64,000 nucleotides of DNA, from the NCBI GenBank assembly GCA_050331235.1, contig JBHJHA010000046.1:11862-75861 (forward strand). The letters are read 5' to 3'. Source of the stretch: Leptolyngbyaceae cyanobacterium (lineage in GTDB: Bacteria; Cyanobacteriota; Cyanobacteriia; Phormidesmidales; Phormidesmidaceae). Shown one piece after another: positions 38,233-48,636 of this stretch; the stretch's first letter is position 1, and every line of letters begins with the position of its first letter. The notes beneath the pieces are model-generated. The model searched no databases. It was not told the DNA's origin and worked only from the letters and a program-made list of their open reading frames with translations. The translations under genes and the position numbers were made by a program.

Positions 38233-40770
38233 ATGACCGAAAACGCTTCATCGCCGCTTAAGCTCAGCAATCATGCTGACGGCAACCTGCTAGTTCTACT
38301 TATCAGCGGTCTGTACGTCCTATTTACCTTTGTCAGCAGCACTCAAAATATCATCTGGCCGTGGGTGGTCCTCTGGCAGGCAGTACTCATCCTGCCAATG
38401 GTGTGGCTATTGTGGCAGCTCTGGCATAAGCGGCTGAGTCGATTTCGTCTGGGCCAGGGCTTTGACTGGTTGGCAGGATTAGTCCTGCTGGGGGTGGCCC
38501 TATCCACTGCGATCGCCCCCTTTGCTCAACCGGCTATCTGGTATAGCATCGGAGCCTTGAGTGGACTGGCTTTGCTGTACAGCTTGGTGGGATGGCTGAC
38601 GCCGGCCCGAGCCCATTGGCTGTTAGTCAATCAGGGATATCTCGCGATCGCCTTTATCTTGGTCAGCTTGGTTCGCTGGGGCTGGCAAATCTATCGACCC
38701 GAGATGCAGCGGTTGGCGGCGCTGCGGGCCTACGGCTTAGCGGTAGAGTTTGATGCGAGCGCCCTCGGGTTGAGAAACTGGTATCCGCTCGGTCACCAAA
38801 ACTATGTGGCCGGTTACCTACTGCTGATGGGGCCGCTGCTAGTCGGCCTAGCCATCAGCGACAAAACTTGGCGGCGTTGGCTCTGGGTCATAGGCCTCGG
38901 ACTGGCCCTCATTGATCTCTACACGACTAACTCCCGGGGCGCGACGCTGGGGTTCTTAGCTTTGCTGATACCGGCGATCTTGAGCATTCTTATCTTGAGC
39001 CGCTGGCCTCGCCGCCTGTGGTTGCCTGTGAGTTCGGTCAGTTTAGCCCTAGCCGGCATTTTTGTCTTGACCAATGTCCGACTGCGGGAGTCCATCGCGG
39101 CCATTAGCCGAGGTAGCTTTGCCGGTGGGGGCGTCGTTTACCGGGCCATTACGAATGTAATTGGCTGGCACATGGGGCAGCAGCGCCCGTGGGCTGGTGA
39201 AGGCTTAGGCAGTGTCCTCGTCGTCTTTCAAAAATATCGCCCCCATTGGGCCGGACAGGAAGCGGAACTGCATTACCAGCTCCACAGCACCCCGGCCCAG
39301 CTCTGGGGTGAGCTGGGCCTCTGGGGCGTCGGTTTACCTCTCGCCGGTGCCGCATTGCTGCTGCTAGCCTTGGGGCGACGGTCCTCTGCCCCTGACCAAG
39401 AGCGCCTGCCGTCATCCCTGCGGTGGAGCTTGGTTGCTGCTTTTTGGGGCTATGGCGTGTTCGGCCTCACGGACTACCAGCTTGATGTCATTCCGATCAG
39501 CGGGGTGCTGTTGATTTTTACCGCCATCTTGCTAGCTGATTTGCGATCGCCAGCCCCATTGCCGACAGAGACCTCGCCGCCGCGATGGCAAAAAGGAAGC
39601 GTACTGGCGGGGGTCGGGCTAGTGGTGGCTTTAGTGATTTGGTTGGTGCCGTTGCATCGAGCATGGGCTGTGTCCGCCCAGGGATTTGTAGAGCTGAGTA
39701 AAAACAATCTGCCAGGTTTTGTTACGGAGCTGCAGCGAGCCAGCAATTTGTCCGCTGGGGATGCCTATTATCCCTTTATGCTGGGATGGGTATTGGGCGA
39801 TCTGAGCTACCAGGTAGAAAACCCGGAGATTGCTACAGCGCTCAAAGCGGATGCCATTCCTTGGTTGCAGCGGGGCAACCGAGTCTCACCCTATCAAGAA
39901 TTTGGGCACTCCAATTTAGCCTGGCTGGAGCTGCCAGAAAATCCCCCCGCGGCGATCGCGGAATTTGCCCAATCGGCCACCCTCGTGCCCGCTAAGCAGG
40001 GCGTATTTTTTGGTCTCGGATATAGCCTTTACCTAGAGGGCCAACGGGAACTTGCGGTCGAGGCGATCGCTTTAGAAATTCTCCGAAATCCGCTCGTCAT
40101 TACCCATCGAGCCTTAAACGAGGGAGTTTTGAGTGATCTCTTGCCGGCAATTCGCGATCGCGTAGACAGTTTGGTCGACGAGCTGCTAGCCGCCCCCGAT
40201 GCAACCAGGACGACGGGCCTGCTGCGGCAAATTCGCGGGACTCTCCACTGGTGGACGGACGATCTGGCCAGCGCGGCGGCCGATTGGGCTGTCTCTCAAG
40301 AGCCCACGAGCTTGGCAGTCTTAGCCACGGCACAAAACGAACCAGTGGCTCTAGAGGACTTACCCGACTCCCCCGGTAAGTTTGCCCTTCAGGCGTGGCG
40401 GTCTCCAGAACAGCGGCGGCAGTGGCTAGAAACGGCTTGGCTGGCCTACGAAGAAGACCTCCCGCAGCTGGCCCTAGCTGAGGCCCCGGCACAGCAAATC
40501 AGTGCCCTCGTGAATACTATGAATGCCGCTGACAGCTTTGACCAATGGCTCAAGGCTACTGCCCCCTACATTCGTCTGAGAAATGAGCGTTTGGGATTTG
40601 GCGTCTTGATGCGCCACGACGATGGGCCAAGCCCAACCGATTACTACCTGCGCCTCGAAAATTTGGCCATGACTCGATTTTTTGAGGTAATGCTGCCGTC
40701 GCCTCCCTATTTCGCCCCTTTAGATCGGCAGCTGCAGCCCTATCGAGAGGCGCTGCTAGCTGAACTGTAG
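38233..40770 (+). CDS. O-antigen ligase family membrane protein with TPR-like C-terminus
   Basis: Many TM helices; GHQNYVAG, TNSRG, QLHSTPAQ..GELG. Confidence 0.82.
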   Translation: MTENASSPLKLSNHADGNLLVLLISGLYVLFTFVSSTQNIIWPWVVLWQAVLILPMVWLLWQLWHKRLSRFRLGQGFDWLAGLVLLGVALSTAIAPFAQPAIWYSIGALSGLALLYSLVGWLTPARAHWLLVNQGYLAIAFILVSLVRWGWQIYRPEMQRLAALRAYGLAVEFDASALGLRNWYPLGHQNYVAGYLLLMGPLLVGLAISDKTWRRWLWVIGLGLALIDLYTTNSRGATLGFLALLIPAILSILILSRWPRRLWLPVSSVSLALAGIFVLTNVRLRESIAAISRGSFAGGGVVYRAITNVIGWHMGQQRPWAGEGLGSVLVVFQKYRPHWAGQEAELHYQLHSTPAQLWGELGLWGVGLPLAGAALLLLALGRRSSAPDQERLPSSLRWSLVAAFWGYGVFGLTDYQLDVIPISGVLLIFTAILLADLRSPAPLPTETSPPRWQKGSVLAGVGLVVALVIWLVPLHRAWAVSAQGFVELSKNNLPGFVTELQRASNLSAGDAYYPFMLGWVLGDLSYQVENPEIATALKADAIPWLQRGNRVSPYQEFGHSNLAWLELPENPPAAIAEFAQSATLVPAKQGVFFGLGYSLYLEGQRELAVEAIALEILRNPLVITHRALNEGVLSDLLPAIRDRVDSLVDELLAAPDATRTTGLLRQIRGTLHWWTDDLASAAADWAVSQEPTSLAVLATAQNEPVALEDLPDSPGKFALQAWRSPEQRRQWLETAWLAYEEDLPQLALAEAPAQQISALVNTMNAADSFDQWLKATAPYIRLRNERLGFGVLMRHDDGPSPTDYYLRLENLAMTRFFEVMLPSPPYFAPLDRQLQPYREALLAEL

Positions 40771-41039
40771 CAATGGTCAGGTTGAGCCGCGACGATTAGT
40801 TAAAAGTTGGGCCTAAGGTGTAACGTGACGGGTACAAAATGAGCTTTTCCCATTGGCAAACCGCTATCTCGCTTTAGTCAACTAGACAGGCTGCGTAATG
40901 TCAGAGTGGTCTCTGGGAGTAATCGGCTCAAGCTGCTGGGGGGAGCGAGTGATGAATCTATGTTCTGGAATTTTGCAACCGGGGGTATGGAAGGTTGGTC
41001 ACGTCAGCAACCGAGCGACTTTTGTGCAAGGGACAGCTT

Positions 41040-42437
41040 CTATTTGGGGGCTTCGCTGAGCAGCGGTAGCTGAATGCTCACAGCGGTGCCCTGGTGAGGT
41101 TGGCTACGAATCTGGATGTCACCTCCGTGATTATCCACGATTACTTTAGCAATCGCTAAGCCGAGGCCAGAGCCCGTGGCTGAGGAACGCTGGCGCGCTG
41201 GGTCAGCCCGATAAAAGCGATCAAAGATGTGGGGAAGCGCATCGGGGGCAATGCCGACGCCCGTATCTTTGACCGTGATGCAAATTGCCGGTTGGCTTTG
41301 CAGTTTGGCCTCGTCTAGGCTGATCTCAACCAGTCCATCGTTAGGGGTATATTGCAGACTGTTGCCAATGACATTGGTAAATAGGCGCGTCAACTGATCG
41401 GCATCGCCGTTAACCGTCCAATTGGGCGGCGCTGGATGAGTGGACGCGGCCTGGGTCAAAGCTACCAGCGCATTTTCGCAAGCTTGGCAGGTCAGCTGAA
41501 TCCGCTTGTAGTCGGCGATCGCCTCCTGCTCTTCAATGACGTCCGTCAACAACAGGGAAATGTCGACGGGTTCGGTCTTTAGGGGAACTAAACCGCCATC
41601 GTGTCGCGCCAAAAAAAGCAGATCATCCACCAAGCGTCCTAGCCGTCGGGTCAGCCGTTCGATTACCTGGAGCTGCTGATGTTGGGCGGCGGGGTCCGGG
41701 TCGGGGTCGGCCAAAGCCACTTGGGCATTGGTTTGGATCACCGCGATGGGGTTGCGCAATTCATGGGAGGCGTCGGCGGTAAACTGCTTGAGCTGCTGAT
41801 AGGAATCCCGCACTGGAGCGATCGCAATACCCGACAGCAGCCAGCCTACGGCAGCTACGGCAGCCACCATCAGGCTGATGCCTAGCGAGAGATCTTGGAG
41901 GAATTTGCGGCTGGGCTTTGTCACCTCAAACCAAGGATGACTAACCCGTAAATAACCCAAAACCTGATCGCCCGCCATGATGCGCTCAGTCATCTGGCGC
42001 ACGACCTGTTCTTCGTTAATGGGGACCGTTTTGCCCTGGTGATTGACCTTGATCGGCAGCTGTAGCGGCTCCGACAACGTCGTCCAAAGCAGTTGACCAG
42101 TGGGGCTAAACCATTCCAGATCAATGTGGTCATCTTCCGTGGTCGGAGCATTGTCGCGAAAGCTGGCTTCCACATTGACCTGTAGAGACGGTGCCCGCAG
42201 ACCAATGTTGGTCAGACTCGTTGCCATGGTGGCTTGATAGGGCTCGATCACCAGCGATCGCTGCACAATCTCGACCACATGGTTGAGCGTATCGTCCACC
42301 CGCTCCACGAGAGTAGTGCGCACATAGAGATATACCCCGCTGGCAAACAGCAGCAGGACGATCGCAGTCACGGTGGTATACCACAGTGCGAGGCGGCGGC
42401 GGGTGGTCTGAAACATGGCCGATTGCGATGCTGTCAT
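41040..42437 (-). CDS. Membrane sensor histidine kinase
   Basis: Two TM helices; FTADASHELRNP; DTGVGI; FYRAD; GSGLGL. Confidence 0.92.
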   Translation of the reverse strand: MTASQSAMFQTTRRRLALWYTTVTAIVLLLFASGVYLYVRTTLVERVDDTLNHVVEIVQRSLVIEPYQATMATSLTNIGLRAPSLQVNVEASFRDNAPTTEDDHIDLEWFSPTGQLLWTTLSEPLQLPIKVNHQGKTVPINEEQVVRQMTERIMAGDQVLGYLRVSHPWFEVTKPSRKFLQDLSLGISLMVAAVAAVGWLLSGIAIAPVRDSYQQLKQFTADASHELRNPIAVIQTNAQVALADPDPDPAAQHQQLQVIERLTRRLGRLVDDLLFLARHDGGLVPLKTEPVDISLLLTDVIEEQEAIADYKRIQLTCQACENALVALTQAASTHPAPPNWTVNGDADQLTRLFTNVIGNSLQYTPNDGLVEISLDEAKLQSQPAICITVKDTGVGIAPDALPHIFDRFYRADPARQRSSATGSGLGLAIAKVIVDNHGGDIQIRSQPHQGTAVSIQLPLLSEAPK

Positions 42438-42496
42438 GGGGTTAATTGGTTTAGTGAGCTTGTGCAGGGGATTCCAGCCAACTTAACCGCTGCTTT

Positions 42497-43450
42497 CTAC
42501 CCTCCATTGGGGGCTTCGTCAGGGGTGTCTCTACCCGCTGACGGTGATGAATGCACTGTCAATTTGCCGGCATCGCCATCTAAGGTGGCGATCGCCCCGA
42601 CGGGCAAAGCAGCGTTGACGCCGTCATGGCCAAAGGGCAGATTGGCCACTATCGGTACTCCCAAGTCGCCCAGGCGATCGCGCAGCACCGCTTCAACGCT
42701 CAGGCTGGTAGCAGCATCAGTGGGGTCACAGCGGCTAAACCGGCCTATGGCGATTCCCCCAATGGCGGCAAACCGGCCCAACATTCGCCAGTGGGTCAGC
42801 ATTCGATCAATGCGATAGGGGGCTTCAGTGACATCTTCAAACGCGAGAATCGCCCCCGACAAATCAGGCTCATGGCGGGTCCCCAACAGATGGGTGGCCA
42901 CAGTAAGGTTAGCCGGTAGGAGCCGGCCCTTGACCATGCCAGTGCTCCACCCCTGACCAGTTAAGGGGGTGATTGATCGACCGGTCACCCAGTCAAATAG
43001 CCGCCGTTGCGACCAGTCTGGTTCTTGATCCAGTGTTGTCAACAAAGGACCATGAACTCCGCCGATTCCCCGCTGCCCGAGACTCCATAACAGGCTTGTA
43101 ATATCAGAAAACCCAATTAGCCATTTCGGCTCGGTGGAGGGCCAAGCCCATGACTCCAATAGCCGGGTGCCGCCATAGCCGCCCCGGGCGCATAAAATTC
43201 CCCGGCAACTCGGCGATCGCCAGGCAGAGAGCAATTGCCGCCGCCGATTAGTATCCGTACCGGCCAAGTAGCCCCAGCGATCGCCACATCCCTGGGCGCG
43301 AGTCACTTGGTAGCCTTCAGCCTCCCAACGAGCGATCCCAGCTTCAACGGCCGCCTGTTCCTTGAGAGCGCCGCTGGGAGCAATTACCTGCAACTCGTCC
43401 CCTGGCTGCAGCGGCGGCGGCAATCGATAGGCCATCATCGCCGGTGACAA
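42497..43450 (-). CDS. ldcA: LD-carboxypeptidase (S66)
   Basis: ARGGYG, IGFSDIT, FEDVTE, PFGH. Confidence 0.9.
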   Translation of the reverse strand: MSPAMMAYRLPPPLQPGDELQVIAPSGALKEQAAVEAGIARWEAEGYQVTRAQGCGDRWGYLAGTDTNRRRQLLSAWRSPSCRGILCARGGYGGTRLLESWAWPSTEPKWLIGFSDITSLLWSLGQRGIGGVHGPLLTTLDQEPDWSQRRLFDWVTGRSITPLTGQGWSTGMVKGRLLPANLTVATHLLGTRHEPDLSGAILAFEDVTEAPYRIDRMLTHWRMLGRFAAIGGIAIGRFSRCDPTDAATSLSVEAVLRDRLGDLGVPIVANLPFGHDGVNAALPVGAIATLDGDAGKLTVHSSPSAGRDTPDEAPNGG

Positions 43451-44058
43451 GGTAATGTTGCATCATCCGCTGGAGCCGGGCTGAGGTCCTGCACCATGCT
43501 ATCGCCCGCCCCCTTGGGCGATAGGCTTTGCAGATGGTTTTGCCGCATAAATTGCAGATAGGTGCTCATCAGCGACCAACTCAAGGCTGGCTGATCGCCC
43601 TGCGGGGCACAGTCGTTGCGTAAATAGCTGCGTCCAGCCGCCGTTAGCCACACTTCCCCAAGCTTTTGCTGCGTGATCCGAATCAGCCCTTGGCGGGCCA
43701 AGCCCGCGATGAGCGACTGCCGTAAATTGCTTGGCACCCGAGCACTGATTTGTGCTGGAGTGATGCTGCGATCACGACACGACTGCAAGATATATCGCTC
43801 ATCGGGGGTAATGGGTAAGACTGACCGATCAAGCTCTAAAAGCGTGCGCCCGGTGGCCGATAGGCCTATTCGAGTGGCTAGCACGCTGAAATCAACGAGC
43901 CCCTGCTGCTGGAGTTGTTGGTAAAGGCGATCGCGTTGGGCTGACGCCAATTTAGGCAGTGGTTGCAAGTCAGTCACCGGCGCACGGTACCCCGGATATT
44001 TTAAGAGCCAAAGGAGGGCCTTTAGCTCGGCCGAACTCAGTAAGACAGAAGCGGACAC
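43435..44058 (-). CDS. RcaD-like winged-helix protein, apparently C-terminally short
   Basis: ELKALLWLL..PGYR, GLVDFS, LPITPDE, EVWLTAAGRSYL recall cyanobacterial RcaD-type proteins. Confidence 0.55.
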   Translation of the reverse strand: MSASVLLSSAELKALLWLLKYPGYRAPVTDLQPLPKLASAQRDRLYQQLQQQGLVDFSVLATRIGLSATGRTLLELDRSVLPITPDERYILQSCRDRSITPAQISARVPSNLRQSLIAGLARQGLIRITQQKLGEVWLTAAGRSYLRNDCAPQGDQPALSWSLMSTYLQFMRQNHLQSLSPKGAGDSMVQDLSPAPADDATLPCHRR

Positions 44059-44333
44059 GTAACCCCTTGAGTCGCTGAACTTTGCCTAGTGTAGCGGAGA
44101 CCACTCCGGGATAAGCGGAGCCAACCGCGACATCGGTTGCAAAAATCGGTGCGATTGTAAACAACTGGCTGAGGAGCAGCAATTGTATTGAAAAAATTGG
44201 GTATTGATAAAGCACGTATTCTCGAACGCTGACGGATTCCCCCGACCCTTTAGCGAAGACGTTGCCTCAGTCGCGCATCGGCAAGCAGTCACCAGGCTCG
44301 ACTAGATAAAGGAGGTTTGTTAAAGAAAACAGG

Positions 44334-46712
44334 GTGTTTTGTCTAGATCCATGCAGAAAAATTGCTAGGGTTTTCTTCTCTATTCGCTTTTTCGATTTAG
44401 ATCCAAGGTTGTCTTTGTTGCATTCTCGAGACTTTGCTGACAGTGCTTCTGGTTGGAGACTAAGCTCAGAGACCACTCCTCCAGATACCTCAGCATTAGT
44501 CAAGTTTCTTCCACTGTTTGAGCACCTACACGAAGGTGTGCAAATTTTTGCTGTGGATGGCACTTTGATTTACGCCAACCCATTAGCGATCGCGCATTTG
44601 GGGGCTACATCTTTAGAAGACTTACAGGCGGACAATGGGCAAACCGCCGGTCCCTGGCCAGGATTCCAAGACCTGACGGGCCAAGAGCTAGCCATGGAGG
44701 CTCATCCTTGCATACAAGCTTTGCAGGGGGAGACAGTCGCCGAGCAGTCGCTAGTCTATGTGGATCCGCAGCAGCTTACGCATCGGTTAGCCATTCGTGC
44801 ATTTCCCCTCAGAGATGAGGCCGGTCAGATCCAGTTTGCTGCGGTGCTGAGCCATGAACTGTCACCTCTGAAGCCGCCCTCTCCAGGGTTGGAACCTGCA
44901 GTGCAAGCGGTTCAGCAAATCGCAGCGGTGATTCCCAGTTTGGTCGCCTGCCTCGACCTCCAGGAACGGCATCTATTTGCGAACCAGGCTTACCTCAGCA
45001 CGTTTAACCACACAGCGGACTCGATTCAGGGAGTAGATTTGCAGACGGTGCTCGGCCCCGTCGGGTATCAACAGCTACGGGATCCGCTCCAGCAGGCCTG
45101 CAAAGGGCACGCCGCCGGTCTCTGTCTCCGGCTACACAAGGTCAAAACCCTGGCCCGCTATCAGCAGATCAGCATTATTCCTCGACTTAAAAACAGCCAG
45201 GTAAAGGGATTTTTCCTTGTCTTGAGTGATGTTGCGGCCCATCGACATACTAATGGCTTGCTGCAACACGAAAATCACTTTCTCCAATACTCCCTGGAAG
45301 CGGCTTCAATGGGGACTTGGGACTGGGATTTTGTGAACCATACACTCATTTGGTCGGCCATCCAAGAACAGTTGTTTGGGCTATCTCCGGGGAGCTTTGA
45401 TAGTCAGCCTGAGACATTTATGAACCTGGTTAACGATCGCGATCGCGAGAGCGTGAGTAATGCAGTCAACTGGGCCATGCAGCCGCAACAACTATTTATT
45501 GCGGAATTTCGCATCTTCCACGCTGACGGCACAACTCGCTGGCTCAGTCAGCGCGGCCAGGTTCTCAGAGACGACCAAGGCCAGGTGATTCGCATGGTTG
45601 GCGTGACTTTTGATATCACAGCCCAGCACGAAGCCCAGATGCAACTGATGCATCAGATCAATCGGGAGCGCCTGATCGCCAAGGTTTCTCAAGATATCAG
45701 CCAGTCTGACCAACTAGCTGGAGTCCTAGGGGAGGCGTTGGAAGCTGTTAGGCAGCATTTGGCGGTTGACCGAGTCGCTATCGTTAATCTGCGGCAGGCA
45801 CCGTCTGGAATTGTGACCGATGAGGCCTATGGCGACGGTGTCGAGTCCATGCTGGAGTGGAAAATGCGTCATCCTTGGTCGCTCAAGGCTAGCTACCTCA
45901 AGAAGTTTAAGTTGGGGCATCCACTGGCGGTCACGAACGTTCAAGAACAGTCTCTAGACGAGTCTGAACTGGGATTTTTGGAGTTTTTCAACATCGCGGC
46001 GGATCTGTCTATCCCGCTCTTGGAGGACAATAAGCTCTGGGGCATCCTTTCGGCCCAGTGTCAGCAACCACGTACATGGCAGCTCGATGAACAACGCCTG
46101 CTGCAAACGGTAGGTACGTTAGTGAGCACCGCCGTAGAGCGCGATCGCCTCACCCGTAACTTGACCCGAGCCAATCACAAACTTCAGCGATTTGCCTACT
46201 TAGATGGCTTGACCCGAGTGGCTAATCGCCGCCGCTTCGAAGAATTTTTGAATCAAGAATGGCGGCGGCTCATGCGGGAGCAGGCACCGATGGCGTTGAT
46301 TATGGGGGACATCGACCATTTCAAAGCCTATAACGATGTGTATGGGCATCAGGCCGGGGACGACTGTCTCCGGCGAGTGGCGGGCATTTTGCGGAGCTCA
46401 ATTCAGCGGCCAGCGGACATGGTGGCTCGATATGGCGGCGAGGAATTTGTCATGGTGCTACCCAATACTGATGTGGAGGGAGCCGAAACGGTTGCCAAGA
46501 AAGTCAAATCATTGCTTCATTCCAAACGGATTCCCCATATTCAGTCCTCGGTAGCTGACTTTGTAACCATGAGTCTGGGCATCGCTGTGATGCGCCCGCA
46601 TCCCCTCAAGTCTCCAGATGATTTGGTTAAACTCGCCGATCGCGCCCTCTACAAAGCGAAGCAAGCAGGCCGCGATCGCATTGCGTGCCACAACTCCAAC
46701 AAACGTTCGTGA
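44334..46712 (+). CDS. Diguanylate cyclase (PAS x3-GAF-GGDEF)
   Basis: DGLTRVANRR, DIDHFKAYND, RPAD I-site plus GGEEF; true start probably downstream of 44334. Confidence 0.9.
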   Translation: MFCLDPCRKIARVFFSIRFFDLDPRLSLLHSRDFADSASGWRLSSETTPPDTSALVKFLPLFEHLHEGVQIFAVDGTLIYANPLAIAHLGATSLEDLQADNGQTAGPWPGFQDLTGQELAMEAHPCIQALQGETVAEQSLVYVDPQQLTHRLAIRAFPLRDEAGQIQFAAVLSHELSPLKPPSPGLEPAVQAVQQIAAVIPSLVACLDLQERHLFANQAYLSTFNHTADSIQGVDLQTVLGPVGYQQLRDPLQQACKGHAAGLCLRLHKVKTLARYQQISIIPRLKNSQVKGFFLVLSDVAAHRHTNGLLQHENHFLQYSLEAASMGTWDWDFVNHTLIWSAIQEQLFGLSPGSFDSQPETFMNLVNDRDRESVSNAVNWAMQPQQLFIAEFRIFHADGTTRWLSQRGQVLRDDQGQVIRMVGVTFDITAQHEAQMQLMHQINRERLIAKVSQDISQSDQLAGVLGEALEAVRQHLAVDRVAIVNLRQAPSGIVTDEAYGDGVESMLEWKMRHPWSLKASYLKKFKLGHPLAVTNVQEQSLDESELGFLEFFNIAADLSIPLLEDNKLWGILSAQCQQPRTWQLDEQRLLQTVGTLVSTAVERDRLTRNLTRANHKLQRFAYLDGLTRVANRRRFEEFLNQEWRRLMREQAPMALIMGDIDHFKAYNDVYGHQAGDDCLRRVAGILRSSIQRPADMVARYGGEEFVMVLPNTDVEGAETVAKKVKSLLHSKRIPHIQSSVADFVTMSLGIAVMRPHPLKSPDDLVKLADRALYKAKQAGRDRIACHNSNKRS

Positions 46713-46746
46713 AGGTGATGAGCTAAGGCTTACCAGCCGTGCTGCG

Positions 46747-47766
46747 TCACTGCCCCGAGCAGCCAGCTAGACATTGCCCTGCGTTGTCAAAGCGCATCGT
46801 TTGACCACTTAGGGGCACATAGACGGGGGTATTGGTAGCCGCTATAAAGCGGGCAGTTTTAGTCTCTGGCAGCACTTCCCCCCCAGCAGTTGCGGCCTCG
46901 TTAGCGTGGGAGGCGATCGCCGATGCAGGCTGAATCAGGTCATCAACCACGTAAGCCGCTTCACGGGGGCCCGTCGTAAACGTATCGCCGATGTTGATCA
47001 CGACTAAGTCGGCACTGTACTGCTCTCGGACTACGGTCTCTTGCTCCGCAGTAATGCCCGTATCGCCCGATAGATACAAGACTAATCCGTTAGTAAAGGT
47101 AACGACATAGCCAGTCGGCGGGCCCACATAGGCGGTTAAGCCAGCTGCGCTCAATTGTTCACCGAGTTCCCCTTCGATAAAAGCGCCGCTGAGGCCATTG
47201 GAGTGCACCGCTGGTACGGTGGTGATGCTTACACCATCAATCTCGCGGGAGGCCCCAAAGCGCACCAACTGGACTGAAGCGGGATCGCCGCCGAGACTGT
47301 TCACCTTATTAGCCAAGAAGCCTGCCATTTCGCTACCGACGATCATGCGAGCTCCTTTGCCCAGGGCAATGTCTACGCTATTGGAATTGGGCGTCGTGCT
47401 GACATCGGTTTTGGGGTTACCACAGGTGCCTTGATTCACCTCAGCAATGCGGCGATCACCCAGGTGATCACCATGGACATGGCTGATCAAAACTACATCA
47501 ACATCGCCCAAGCGCGGGTCCTCGGGACCCGCAACCGTCCGACCGGCATCGTAGAGAATGCGGAGGCCATTGGGGTCTTCTAAAATTAGGGCGCGATCGC
47601 GACCACAAAACTCACCGTCATGACTTCCCAGCGGGGTGATATTGACGGTCTCTACCGCCGCCGCTGTTCCCCAACTATCAGCAGCACTAGATCCCAAAAT
47701 TAGCCCTAAACAGAGAATGCATACCCAGCCCAAACGACGAAATGTCTGCATTGGAGAAACGCCCAT
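46747..47766 (-). CDS. Secreted MBL-fold metallo-hydrolase
   Basis: Signal-peptide-like N-terminus; SHVHGDH; LSGDTG. Confidence 0.85.
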   Translation of the reverse strand: MGVSPMQTFRRLGWVCILCLGLILGSSAADSWGTAAAVETVNITPLGSHDGEFCGRDRALILEDPNGLRILYDAGRTVAGPEDPRLGDVDVVLISHVHGDHLGDRRIAEVNQGTCGNPKTDVSTTPNSNSVDIALGKGARMIVGSEMAGFLANKVNSLGGDPASVQLVRFGASREIDGVSITTVPAVHSNGLSGAFIEGELGEQLSAAGLTAYVGPPTGYVVTFTNGLVLYLSGDTGITAEQETVVREQYSADLVVINIGDTFTTGPREAAYVVDDLIQPASAIASHANEAATAGGEVLPETKTARFIAATNTPVYVPLSGQTMRFDNAGQCLAGCSGQ

Positions 47767-47945
47767 TAGTAACCCGCCATCACCATACCGTATTCCCCTG
47801 GATCGTTGATATTGCCCAGGTTAGAGAAGCCTCGCCACAGGGTGACAGGGAGATTAGCGACTCCAGAGAAAGAAAGGTTGGCCGATTGCTAGAATTCGGA
47901 ATAAAGTTGATGCGATCCGACTGCGATCATGGGCAGATTGACGCA

Positions 47946-48008
47946 AGGTCCTTAAATTCACCACTTAGCGCCTTAAACCTAGTACCCAGCGCCTTGAACC
48001 TTGTCCCC
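47946..48008. repeat. 21-bp tandem repeat (two good copies plus one degenerate)
   Basis: AGCGCCTTAAACCTAGTACCC / AGCGCCTTGAACCTTGTCCCC. Confidence 0.7.
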
Positions 48009-48035
48009 CCAAAATTGAGGATGAACTGGGGGACT

Positions 48036-48587
48036 TCACAGTAGCGATTTATACAGCATAATCGCGTCGACGTAGCGACCATCAGGCATCTGCACGCCGT
48101 CGGGAATGCGACCAATCTCTTGAAAGCCGAGGGACTCCCACAGCTTAAGTGAGGGTACGTTAGTTGCAAACACCAGGTTATACATCACCGCTCGGTAGCC
48201 GCGATCGCGGGCCAGCATTAACATGGATTCTCCCATCCAGCGTCCCAGCCCCTGTCCTTGCCACTCGGGCGCGACGATAAACCCCGCATTGCAAATGTGA
48301 CTACAGCGACCGGGGAAGTTCGGTTTAAGATAGAAAGCAGCGACAACATCGCCACCTGCTAGACTATCTGACGATGTTTCAGATGCCAACCGCACTACAA
48401 ATGCATCTCCCTTCAACCAATAGTTTGCAAAGTCAGCGCCGGTCAGCGGGGCAGATTGAGGATAGGTCGTTCCTGCTTGAATAAAGTCATTGAGCATTAC
48501 CCTCACCGCTTCGACTTCATTAGGCCGCATAAGGTCTAGACAAATTGAGACAGAAGATTTCGTTTGGCGGTAAATTGGGAGATCCAC
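48036..48587 (-). CDS. GNAT N-acetyltransferase
   Basis: PNFPGRCSHICNAGF, QGQGLG, NLVFATN..LWESLGF. Confidence 0.9.
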   Translation of the reverse strand: MDLPIYRQTKSSVSICLDLMRPNEVEAVRVMLNDFIQAGTTYPQSAPLTGADFANYWLKGDAFVVRLASETSSDSLAGGDVVAAFYLKPNFPGRCSHICNAGFIVAPEWQGQGLGRWMGESMLMLARDRGYRAVMYNLVFATNVPSLKLWESLGFQEIGRIPDGVQMPDGRYVDAIMLYKSLL

Positions 48588-48636
48588 TGGCGATCGCGCC
48601 GGTCAGGCCACGTTTGTTGATTGATTTGAGTCTTGT

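Noticed and set aside
44060..44330. Possible structured RNA or c-di-GMP riboswitch between the RcaD-like gene and the cyclase
   Set aside because: Only short hairpins; no riboswitch or tRNA consensus recognised.
47946..48008. Possible CRISPR mini-array
   Set aside because: Units are adjacent with no spacers, and no cas genes are present.
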